The notes beneath the pieces were generated by a model. That model had not been told where the DNA came from. It saw only the letters and a list, made by a program, of their open reading frames with translations, and searched no databases. A program made the position numbers and the translations under genes. From Mobula hypostoma (lineage: Eukaryota), in the NCBI RefSeq assembly GCF_963921235.1, contig NC_086097.1:217064001-217128000 (forward strand): a DNA stretch of 64,000 nt. The letters are read 5' to 3'. Position 1 is the first letter of the stretch. Each line of letters begins with the position of its first letter. Below are positions 13,694-23,749 of the stretch, one piece after another.

Positions 13694-15243
13694 CAGTGCC
13701 TATAAAAAGTATTCGCCCTCACCCCTATTGGAAATGTTCATGTTTTACACCATTGAATCACAGTGCGTTTAGTTTAGCTTTTCTGACACTGTCAACATGA
13801 AAACAGAGCTCTACAAAGTAATCTAAATTAATTACAAATACAAAACACAGAATACTTGATTTACTAAGTATTCACATCCTTTAATATGACACATCAAAGC
13901 ATCACTGGTGCCGACAATTGGTTTTAGAAGTCTCATAATGGAGATCGCGGTGTGCAGTCAAGGTGTTTCAATTGATTGCAGTAAAAATACACTTGTATCT
14001 GGAATATCGAACTGCTGGTGAGTCAATATCCCGGCAAAAACTACACCATGAATACACAAGAACATTCCAAGCAACTCTGCGAAAAGGCTATTGAAAAGCG
14101 CAGGGCAGGAGGTGGATACAAGAACAGTTCCAGGTCACTGAATATCCCTCGGAGTACGGTTAAGTCAATCATCAAGAAATGGAAAGAACACGGCACAGCT
14201 GTAAATGTGCCTAGAGCAGGCCGTCCTCAAAAACTGAGTGACTGTGCAAGAAGGGGACTAGTGAGAGAAGCCACCAAGAGAACTGTGACAACTCTGGAGG
14301 AGTTACAAGCTTCAGTGTCTGAGATGGGAGAGACTGCACAGACAACAACTGTTGCCTGGGTGCTTCACCAGTCACAGTTTTATGGGAAAGTGGCAGAGAG
14401 AAAGCCACTGTTGAAAAACTTACATGGAATCTCGGCTGACTTTGCTAGAAGGCACGTGGGAGACTCTGAAATCATTTGAAACAAGGTTCTATGGACTGAT
14501 GAAACCAAAATTGAGCTTTATGTCCATCAGACTAAACACCACACATCGTCAAAAACACACCATCCCTACCGTGAAGCATGGTGGTGACTGCATCATGCTG
14601 TGGGGATGCTTCACTGCAGCAAACCCTGGAAGGTTTGTGAAGGTAGAGGGTAAAATGAATGCAGCAAAATAGGGAGGAAAACCTGATGCAGTCTGCAAGA
14701 GAACTGCGACTTGGGAGATTTGTTTTCCAGCAAGACAATAACACCAAGCATAAAGCCAAATCTATGCAGGAATGGCTTAAAAACAACAAAGTCAATGTCC
14801 TGGAGTGACCAAGACAGTGTCCAGACCTCAATCCAACTGAAAATTTGTGGTTGGACTTGAAAAGGGCTGTTCAGTCACAATCCCCATGCAATCTGACAGA
14901 TTTGAGCAGTTTTGTAAAGAAGAATGGAGAAAAATTGTGTGCAAATATCCAAAGCTGATAGAGACCTATCCACACAGACTCAAGGCTGTAATTGCCGCCA
15001 AAGGTGCGTCTACTAAATACTGACTTGAAGAGGGTGAATGCTTATGCAAACAATTATTTTGTGTTTTATATCTGTAATTAATTTGGATAATTTTATAGAG
15101 ATCTGTTTCCACTTTGACATGAAAGAGTCTTTTTCTGTTGATGAGAGTTAAAAAAAATCAAATTAAATCTACTGTGATTCAATGTTGTAAAACAATAAAC
15201 CATGTAAACTTCCAAGGGGTGTGAATACTTTTTATAGGCACTG
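13694..15243 (+). mobile_element. Full-length Tc1 transposon (Passport-like, IR/DR-type TIRs)
   Basis: TA-CAGTGCCTATAAAAAGTATTC ... GAATACTTTTTATAGGCACTG-TA, a perfect 21-bp outer TIR within a ~200-bp imperfect TIR; TA duplication; 1550 bp. Confidence 0.95.
14048..15023 (+). pseudogene. Tc1 DD34E transposase pseudogene
   Basis: MNTQEHSKQL...TVKSIIKKWKEHGT...GRPQKL, then WTDETKIEL, PTVKHGG, FQQDN, PDLNPTENLW and KGASTKY*; frameshifts and stops. Confidence 0.93.
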
Positions 15244-15429
15244 TATATAATTAAATAACAATATAACTTGACTTGACTTGAGTTTAGGTACCTTATTCAA
15301 TTATGCTACTTTAGGCAAATTATCCATATCGTCTGAAAATGTTGCCAGGAGTGTCAAAAAATTCCATTTATTGCCTATCCTTCCTTGGCTAACATATGCA
15401 GTTGTAAATACATAATCATTTTATTTAGA

Positions 15430-17130
15430 GCAACACACAGACAGTGCTGGAGGAATTCAGCAGGCCAGCGACATCTACGGTAAAGAGTAAACAGTCGGTG
15501 TTTTGCACCAAGACCCTTCAACAGGACGGGAAAGAAAGAGGACAGCTGAATATAAGAAGGAGGAGAGGAAGTAATAGGTGGTAGGTAATAGCCGAAACCA
15601 GGAGAGGGGAGAGGTGAAGTAAAGAGCTGGGAAATTACTGGTGAAAAGGGGTGGAAAGGGAGAATCTGATAGGAAAGGATAGAAGACTATAAAAGAAAGG
15701 GAAGGGGAGGAGCACCAGAGAGAGGTGATGAGCAGGCAGGTGAGAGAGGGAAACAGAAATGGGGAATAGTGAAGCCCCCTTACCGGGAGTTCGAGAAATC
15801 CATGTTCATGCCATCAGGTTGGAGGCTACCCAGACGGAATATAAGATGTTGCTCCACCAACCTCAGTGTGGCCGCATCGCGACAGTAGAGGAGGCCATGG
15901 ACTGCCATGTCGGAAAGTGACTGGGAAGTAGAATTAAAATAGGTTCCTACGGGGCGATTCAGCTTTTTCTGAAAGTCGAAAGTGCTTGACGAATCGTTCT
16001 CCAATCCACACCGGGTCTCACCAATATATACAGGAGGCCACACCGGGAGCACCGGGCACCGTCTATGACCCCAACAGACTCTCAGGTGAAGTGTCGTCTC
16101 ACCTGGAAGGACATTTTGGGGCCCTGAATGGTAGTGAGGGAGGAAGTGTAGGGGCAGGTGTGGCACTTATTCCGCTTGCAAGGATAAGTACCAAGAGAGA
16201 GATCAGTAGGGCGGACAAAGGAGTGGCGTGGGGAACAACCCCCGCAGAAAGCGGAAAATGAGAAGGGAAAGACGTGCTTGGTGGTGGGATCCATTCGGAG
16301 ATGGCGGAAGTAACGGAGAATTATGTGATGGACGCGGAGGCTAATGGGGTGCTAGGAAAGGACAAGAGGAATCCTACCCGTAGTGTGGCGGCGGGAAGAT
16401 AGGGTGAAGGCAGATTTGCGGGAAATGGAAGAGATGCGGGTTCGGGCTGCGTTGATAGTGAGTGAAGACAAGCCCCTTTCTTTGAAGGAGGAGGTCACCT
16501 CAGTAGTTCTGGAATGAAACGTCCCATCCGGAGAGCAGATGCGGCGGAGAGAAAGGGATGGCATTTTTACAAGAGGCGGGGTGGAAAGAGGTATACTCCT
16601 GGTGCTTGTGAGAATCAGTGGGTTTATAAAAGATATCACTAGGTAAACTGTCTCCAGAGATGGAGACAAAGAAATCGAGAAAGGGGAGGGACGTGTCGGA
16701 AATGGACCAGGTAAATTTGAGGGCAAGGTGGAAGTTGGAGGCAGAGTTGATGAAGGTGACGAGCTCAGCATAGGTACAAGAAGCAGCACCAATTCAGTTG
16801 TGGATGTAGCGCAGGAAGCGTTGGGAGCGATACCGGTGTAGGCTTGGAACATGGACTGTTCCATGTAGCCGACAAAAGGGCAGGCATACCTCGGACCCAT
16901 GCGAATGCCCATGGCTGGTCCTTTGGTTTGAAGAAAGTGGCAGGAGCCGAAGGAGAAATTATTGAGCGTGAGAACCAGTTCCGCCGGACGGAAGAAAGTG
17001 GAGGTACTGGAGAACTGGTTGGGTCTGTTGTCCAAAAAGAAGCGGAGAGCTTTAAGACACACCTGATGGGGGATGGAGGTGTATGGGACTGAATATTCAC
17101 AGTGCAAATGAGACGAACAGAGCCGGGGAA
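15430..17130 (-). mobile_element. Penelope-like element (RT plus GIY-YIG), degenerate
   Basis: AELVLTLNNFSF...FLQTKGPAMGIRMGPRYA (RT); VYIGET...EQHLIFRLGSLQPDGMN (GIY-YIG). Confidence 0.9.
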
Positions 17131-18359
17131 TATTTAAAATGGTTTTTATTTTTCTCTAACTAAAGGCCTCGCGGCCAGTGGTTCATTGCCTCCATTGCTT
17201 GAAAGCAGAATAGGCAGTATAATCATAAGCCTGATCGCGACTCCCAGAAAAAAAAACTGAGTCACAGGTAGAAAATAAATCATTGCCGATGAAGTCTGGA
17301 AACAATGAACGGAGCCTTTAGCCCCGGCTCAAACTGGAACTTGACCGTCAGTCCGAGAATTTACTCGCTGCCGCTGGGCCCCCAAGCTCTCCCCTCCCCA
17401 ACTCTCCAACCTTGTATCTCACAGGCTCCACCGTCACCTCCTGGGTCCGCAGAGCCTCCATCTCCCCAGCCCACATTCCCAACCATCCTCTTCCCTCTGA
17501 AACCACCAGCTCTCTTCCCTCGTCTGATCCCATCTCTAATCCTTGCCGGGTCTTCACCTTTCCCTCCGACCTTTCCCCCTCTGAGGCAGAAGGTTCTGTA
17601 CCCCTTCGCCGGCACCTCAGTGAGATCCGCGCTCGCCACCACGTCGAGCTCTTCGCCCGTCGCCTCTGTCTCCGGCAAAAAATTCCACACCCTACACTGA
17701 TGATACCTTTTCCCGCCTTCAACCCCCCTCCTTTTTGAACAGCCCGGTCTGGTCCTCTGCCTGCTCTGGATCATTTCATCTCCAATTGCCGACAAGACAT
17801 CAGCACTCCTCTCTCCTGCTCGAACCTTACTCCCTTTGAACGCACTGCCATTAATTCCAACCTTACCATCAAACCCGCAGACAAAGGAGGCGTTGGTGTA
17901 GTGTGGCGGGCTGACCTCCACCTTGCTGAGGCCTGGCGATAAATCTCAGACACCTCCTCATATCTACCCCTTGAAGAGATCCCCGCTGTGGACTATCAGA
18001 AAATTATTTCCAACAGCATCACTAACATCATCAGCTCTGGAGAACTCATAGTACCCTTATCCCGAACTGCTTGCTTCTACCTCCTACCCAAGACCCAGAA
18101 GTCCGTCTGTCCGGGTAGGTCCAATGTCTCCACCTGCTCCTGCCCCACTGAACTTGTGTTCTCATACCTCGATTCTATTCTATCCTCATTGGTCCAGTCC
18201 CTTCCCACCTACATCCGCAACAGTTCTCATCCTCTCGATCCCCTCAATGACTATCAGTTCCCTGGCCCCAACCGCCTCATTTTCCCCATAGATTCTATTC
18301 CCCATCAAGAAGGCCACAAAGCTTTCTGCTTCTTTCTTCACAGAAGAACCAACCAATTC

Positions 18360-18655
18360 AACACACACAAGATGCTGGAGGAACTCAGTAGGCCAGGCAG
18401 CATCTATGGAAAAGAGTAGACAGTCGACGTTTCGGGCCGAGACCCTTCTTCAGGACTTCAGAGGAAGAGGAGAAAAGGAGAAAAGTGAAGAGGAGAGGAT
18501 TTCTCAAATTTCTTCACAGTTCTGAAGATAGGTTTCGGCCCCGAACCTCAAAGGTGTACTTTTTTCCATATATGCTGCCTGGCCTGCTGAGTTCCTCCAG
18601 CATTTTGCGTGTGTTGCTTTGGATTTCCAGCATCCGCTGATTTTCTCATGTTCGG
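18360..18655. mobile_element. Palindromic insertion built from two inverted Penelope terminal repeats
   Basis: 18360-18457 is an imperfect reverse complement of 18517-18616, around a purine-rich spacer. Flanked by GAACCAACCAATTC (18346-18359) and GAACTAACCAATTC (18656-18669). Confidence 0.85.
18421..18457 (-). ncRNA. Minimal type I hammerhead ribozyme motif
   Basis: AGTC-CTGAAGA-AGGG-TCTCGG-CCC-GAAA-CGTC-GACT: CUGAnGA and GAAA cores, stem I AGTC/GACT, stem II GGG/CCC, GUC cleavage triplet, palindromic ACGT stem III. Confidence 0.75.
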
Positions 18656-19873
18656 GAACTAACCAATTCCCCTCCACCACCACCCTTTGCCGTCTGTCCT
18701 CACCCTTAACAAATGTTCCTTCGGCCCCTCCCGCTTTCTCCAGACTCGAGGGGTAACCATGGGCATCCATATGGGTCCCGGTTACGCCTGCCGCTTCGTT
18801 TACGTAGAATCGTCCATGTTCGAAGCCTTACCCGGTAATACTCAATTCTTCCTGCGTTACATTGACGACTGAATTGGTGCCGTTTCATGCACGTATGCTG
18901 AACTCGCCAATTTCATCAAATTTGTCTCTAACTTCCACCCTGCCCTTAAATTCACTTGGTCCATTTCTGACACTTCCTTCTTTTTCTCCATCTCTGGAGA
19001 CAAACTGTCAACCGGCATCGTTTATAAACGACCGATTCTCACGGTTACCATGACGATACTTCTTCACAACCCGTCTCCTGTAAAAATGCTATTCCATGTT
19101 CTCAGTTCCTTGGCCCCCGTCGCATCTCTTCCCAGGATACGGCTTTCTTTTGCAGGACATCAGAGATGCCCCCTTCTTCGGGAAACCGGTTTCCCTTCCT
19201 CCACTATTGATGCTGCCCTCACCCGCATCTCAATTTCCAGAACATCCGCGCTACCGCCTCTTCCTGCCGCCTGAACAGAGATAGTCCCCTTATCCTTACC
19301 TACCACACCATGAGCCTCCGCATCCTAATTTAATACTCCCGCCACCTCCAAACAGATCCTACTTCTGAACATATCTTTACTTGCCTTCCCCACCCCCCCG
19401 ACTTTCCGCAGTGATCGTTCCCTCCGCGAGCCCCGTGTCCATTCGTCCCTCCCCACTAATCTTCCCTGCAAGCGGCCTAAATGCTACACCTGCCCCTTCC
19501 TCCTTCAGCTCCACGCAGGGACCCAAATAGTCCTTCCAGCTGAGGCAACACTTGGCCTGCCAAAATGCTGGGGTCGTTTAGTGCGTCAGGTGATCCCGAT
19601 GCGGGCTCCTGTACATTGGTGAGAGCCACCGTACACCGGGGGCGGCTTCCTCGAGCACCAGCGCTCCGATCGCCAAAAGCGGAACTTCCCAGTGGTCAGA
19701 CGTTTTAATTCCCATTCCCATTCCCATTCCTGTTCTGACATGTCGGTCCATAGCCTCCTCTTGTGCCATGATGAGGCCACCCTCGGGATGCAAGAGTAAC
19801 AGCTTATATTCCGTCTAGGTAGCCTCCAACCTGCCGGCGTTAATATCGATATCTCCTTCCGGTAAAAAAAACT

Positions 19874-20050
19874 CCCTTCCCTTCCCCTCTCCTTCTATTC
19901 CGCACTCTGAACTCTTACCTCTCCGCACCTGCCCAGCACTTCCCTCGGGTCTCCTCCCCTTCCCTTCCCCTCTCCTTCTATTCCGCACTCTGAACTCTTA
20001 CCTCTCCGCACCTGCCCAGCACTTCCCTCGGGTCTCGTCCCCTTCCCTTT
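19874..20050. repeat. 83-bp near-perfect tandem duplication in the Penelope 3' region
   Basis: Units start at 19874 and 19957. Confidence 0.95.
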
Positions 20051-20191
20051 CCGCTCTCCTCTCCTATCTAATTCCTTCTTCTCCAGCCCTTTACCTTTCG
20101 CATCCCACTGGCCTCATCGATCGTTTTCCAGCTTTCTGTCTTTTCCTCCCCCCAACCCCGTTTGTCCTCTGGTGTCTTCCCCTTTCCTTTC

Positions 20192-20229
20192 CAGTCCTGA
20201 AGAAGCGTCTTGGCCAGAAACATCGACTG
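20192..20229 (+). ncRNA. Degenerate hammerhead ribozyme motif
   Basis: CAGTC-CTGAAGA-AGCGTCTTGGCCA-GAAA-CATC-GACTG. Cores and stem I are intact; stem II is mutated. Confidence 0.5.
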
Positions 20230-22067
20230 TTTATTCATCATCATAGATGCTGCCTGGCCAGCTGAGTTCCTCCAGCATTCTGTGTGTGTTGCAATGAACG
20301 GAATTATACTACTATAATAAATAGTTGTACTTTGCTTGGGAAATTTTTGTGTGTCGAAGAAATTTAGATAATGTGTAAATATTGGTCAAGTGAATTTATT
20401 AAAGAGTGCAATAAACACCTGGAACAATGTTCAGTTAAACTAAAATTATAATTTAAGGGAGGCGTATTTTCTCCATTTAAATCACCATCAGAATATAAAC
20501 TCTTATCCTGCTAATTCCAATCCACAATCGCTGAAGTATTTACACACATTAATGCCAATGAAGGGGATGTTCTTGGAATTAATAATCCAGGATACAATGA
20601 TGGGGTTGGGCGAATGACGAATACATAACGGACAAAAAAGTTAAGTATCACTAATAAACTTGCAGGAGTTTTCTAATGCAGAAACGGAGACGTTAGCTGA
20701 AGACAATGCGCTTCATATAGTTATATAGAGACGTTGGTTATTGAAAACCAGGGGGTGAAAAGTATAGCAGCAACATTGAGAGTAAACGCAACTAGTAGGA
20801 ACAATCGCAGTGGAATTTTTTTTTTGGTAGGACGGGAGTGTAGATTTCCACGATTCAGTACCATAGCACCTGTTCTTCTCCATATGCTAACATAACTTTT
20901 CCTTGGGTAGTCCAGCCACAAAGACCTTTAGATAACAAAAACTTTAACTGCGGCAGTTATACATTTCAAAACTGCCTGTTGGAATTAGCACCTGAAATTC
21001 TACAAAAGGGCTGTGAGGTGGCGACATTATAACGACGCTAAATGGTACAAGTGTTGCAAAACAGTAATAAAGGTGAAACATTGGCGTGTTCGCCCAGATT
21101 ATTTTTCAAAATGGCAGAGCAGATTACCAAAGCACGTAGGGGATCGTGGATTTTAGAAGAAGGAATATAAGAGTAAAACTGTCAGAAAGTTAGGCTAAAG
21201 CTTTATAAGTACTAATTTGGCCTCAGTTGGGATATAGGGTGAAAATCGTGATAAGGATACAGCTTTTTCTAACGAAGCTTGCCAGGTAAGGTTTGATGGA
21301 GCTGAAAGGAACCTTCGGAAATGTCTGCTTTAGATACAATTGGACATGTGTATTGCGATAGTAACTTTGATTTAGAAAGAGTAATCAATGTATTTCTTCA
21401 TTGACGGGCAGATACCTGCCGGTAGGAGTCAAAAATGCAAAAGCACCCTGTGCATGATGTGTCTTGTTTTTTTTTCGTGCCATCCGAAATCGGGAATACA
21501 AACTGTGCTTCGTGTCAAATGAACCTGCACCTGTGTGGATTTGCCGGAAGTTCCTAACAGTTCAATGCTCCAGGAAAGCTGTTAGTTAGCATGTTTAAAA
21601 CTGAACGCTTGTCTATCCCTCTTCTGTCAGAACGGTTCTGAAAACTCGGTTTCAGTTGGAAGTGAAGAGGGCGGCGGAGGCGAAGCAAAGGGTAACGCTT
21701 CATCCGCCTTGTCTTCGCCTTCTCCATGTTAATCACGCTGGCTAACTAGCAAGAAGGGAAAAATCAAACCCAGAGCAATAGCAGTCATTGTAAAATTAGA
21801 TGAACTCATTCACTGTTTAAGGGAGTTAATTTGGATGTATGCTTGTTGTTTACAGTCGCCTGTTCATGAACCACACTGAGCTAATTTCACTATCGACCAT
21901 TGAGCTGGGTCTCGAGGACATGAGACAGTTTGATGGATTGAAGAGAGTTTCCGGTAACGTTGCCGGAGGTACTGTGGGGGCCGGGACTGTTTTACTTATA
22001 TCAAAATAAACTTTATTCATAATTAAATTCACTTTCAAGAAATAACCGTGAAATCTCATTCTTACAC

Positions 22068-22325
22068 GTTAGTGTAGTGCTTAGCACAACGCTTTACGGT
22101 ACCAGTGATTCCAGTTCATTTCCCACCGCTGTCTGTACGTTCTCCCGTGACCGCGTGGGTTTCCTCCGGGTACCCCGGTTTCTTCCCACAGTCCAAAGAC
22201 GTACCGGTTGGTAGGTTAATTGATCTTTGTAAATTGTCCCGTGATTAAACTCGGATTACATCAGGGATTGCTGCGTGGCGTGGCGAAGGGCCTATTCCGC
22301 GCTAAATCTCAATAAATAAATAAAT
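22068..22325 (+). mobile_element. tRNA-derived HE1/V-SINE-like SINE
   Basis: tRNA-like head, core GTGGGTTTCCTCCGGGTACCCCGGTTTCTTCCCACAGTCCAAAGACGT, and (AAAT)n tail. Confidence 0.8.
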
Positions 22326-22840
22326 AGCCAATTCTTTCCGTACTGTTGAATTGCATTCCTTAAAACCAATAGGACTGTTGACACAAATGTAGCCCGCTCG
22401 GGTGGGTCACTACCATAATAATTGAGGGGCTTCCTCGCCCAACCCGCTCCAGTAACAGAAGAACCAACACTGTGGCCGGCGCAGGTAACTCTTTTCCATG
22501 TTAACTCTTATCTCGGACCCGCATTTGGTGAGGTGATGGGGAGAAGTGGCTGGAGGGAGAAGGTTTCAGTTCAGGCGTGAGGTGTGAGTGCGGCCTTGTA
22601 TTTTCAATTAAAAGTGTTCTGTATGCTCTGATGCTTCAAATTCCGCGAGGCTTCTTTCTGACTACCATCTGGCCAGCAGGCGGGTTGCTGGGTTTTCTCG
22701 TTCTCAGTTCATTCACATATCGCGTTCCCCCTCGTCGGAAGAATACAGAATATCAATGGAGCGGAATTTTAATCAGTTCTTTACGTGCATTGTGCTTTCA
22801 TAGACAATCCCCTCAGATACCTCAAAATATAAACTGGATT

Positions 22841-22965
22841 TTTATTAAATAAATTCTGTCTCCGGAATAAAGCAAGTAGACCATCACGGTACAGCTTTAA
22901 TAAAAATATAAAAGTTAGGCATTCTCTCGCACAGGATAAATAATTGGGTATATATGCGTTTTATT
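22841..22965 (-). terminator. Candidate polyadenylation signals of the CRH-like gene
   Basis: Minus-strand AATAAA at 22960-22965 and 22841-22846, 150-270 nt after the stop codon, in AT-rich unique sequence. Confidence 0.6.
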
Positions 22966-23110
22966 ATCTACAATTCTACAATGACAGTCAAATGCACGTT
23001 AATTCAGTGAAAGTGTGCAACATTTTTACTTTAACGCCCAAAAACTAAACGTGAACGATAGGAAAGCGCCATATTTGTGTGACAGATAGCGGACTCTGGC
23101 CGGTGCGATT

Positions 23111-23611
23111 CTATTTCCCGACTGCGTCCATTATCTCCCTGTTTTCCTCTGCTTGCCTGGCCAGTTCCTCCGCTCTAGCTATCGCGATTATTTTGCTGAG
23201 AACATGCAAAGGAACATCAAGGGAGGAAAGGAGATGCGTGCCCTGCCTTTTAGCTCGTTCTAGCACCTCATCCGCTAAATCTTGGTGTCTGCCGTAAACG
23301 TCTTCCAGGCCTCCAATTGCTCCATGCGGGGTGCGCTGGGACTGCGCCAGGGGCATTTTGGAAGCTGCGTCGAAAGGAAACATTTCAATCAAATTTCGAT
23401 CAAGAGCTGAAGGATTATTATAGGCTTCGGCCTGCGGCGTAATGTATTCCTCATCTGAACGAATCCAGTCTCGCGGAATTAAACGCTGGAGTTCAGCTTG
23501 TTGACCAGGGCTGTGTTTAGTTGATACAGAGTTCTGTAAAGTGCGACAGTCATCTCCGGGTACGAACCCCACCAGGAGGACGGCAGTGCAAAGCAACACG
23601 GAGATCCTCAT
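23111..23611 (-). CDS. crh-like: CRH-family prepropeptide, divergent CRH1-like, 166 aa; predicted mature peptide QGTHLLSSLDVPLHVLSKIIAIARAEELARQAEENREIMDAV-amide (23120-23245)
   Basis: Signal peptide MRISVLLCTAVLLVGFVPGDDCRTL; pro-region IRSDEEY (CRH: LRMGEEY); RAKR cleavage site; C-terminal GK* amidation signal. Likely ATG at 23611 (GCCATGA), 9 nt after acceptor TTTTCTCTTTTGAATCCCAG (AG at 23622-23621). Confidence 0.95.
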   Translation of the reverse strand: MRISVLLCTAVLLVGFVPGDDCRTLQNSVSTKHSPGQQAELQRLIPRDWIRSDEEYITPQAEAYNNPSALDRNLIEMFPFDAASKMPLAQSQRTPHGAIGGLEDVYGRHQDLADEVLERAKRQGTHLLSSLDVPLHVLSKIIAIARAEELARQAEENREIMDAVGK

Positions 23612-23749
23612 GGCACAGGGCTGGGATTCAAAAGAGAAAATCATATGAAAATTGCATCTTACTTCTTGATATCTATGACTTGTGGAAGTGATTGGAAGAA
23701 TGATTGAGTAGTTATTTTAGTTGTTTAAAAACTTAAAGTTATAATAAAT

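Larger units (their letters stand above)
17350..20293 (+). mobile_element. Penelope-like element, long degenerate copy
   Basis: IKPADKGG, FYLLPK, FLQTRGVTMG..MGP.YA and FLRYIDD motifs; YIGE GIY-YIG remnant; 3' terminal repeat with a hammerhead core. Confidence 0.9.

Noticed and set aside
23612..23644. Upstream ATG giving the 177-aa ORF
   Set aside because: That ATG lies upstream of the predicted splice acceptor, i.e. in the intron. The ATG at 23611 has good context and begins the signal peptide.
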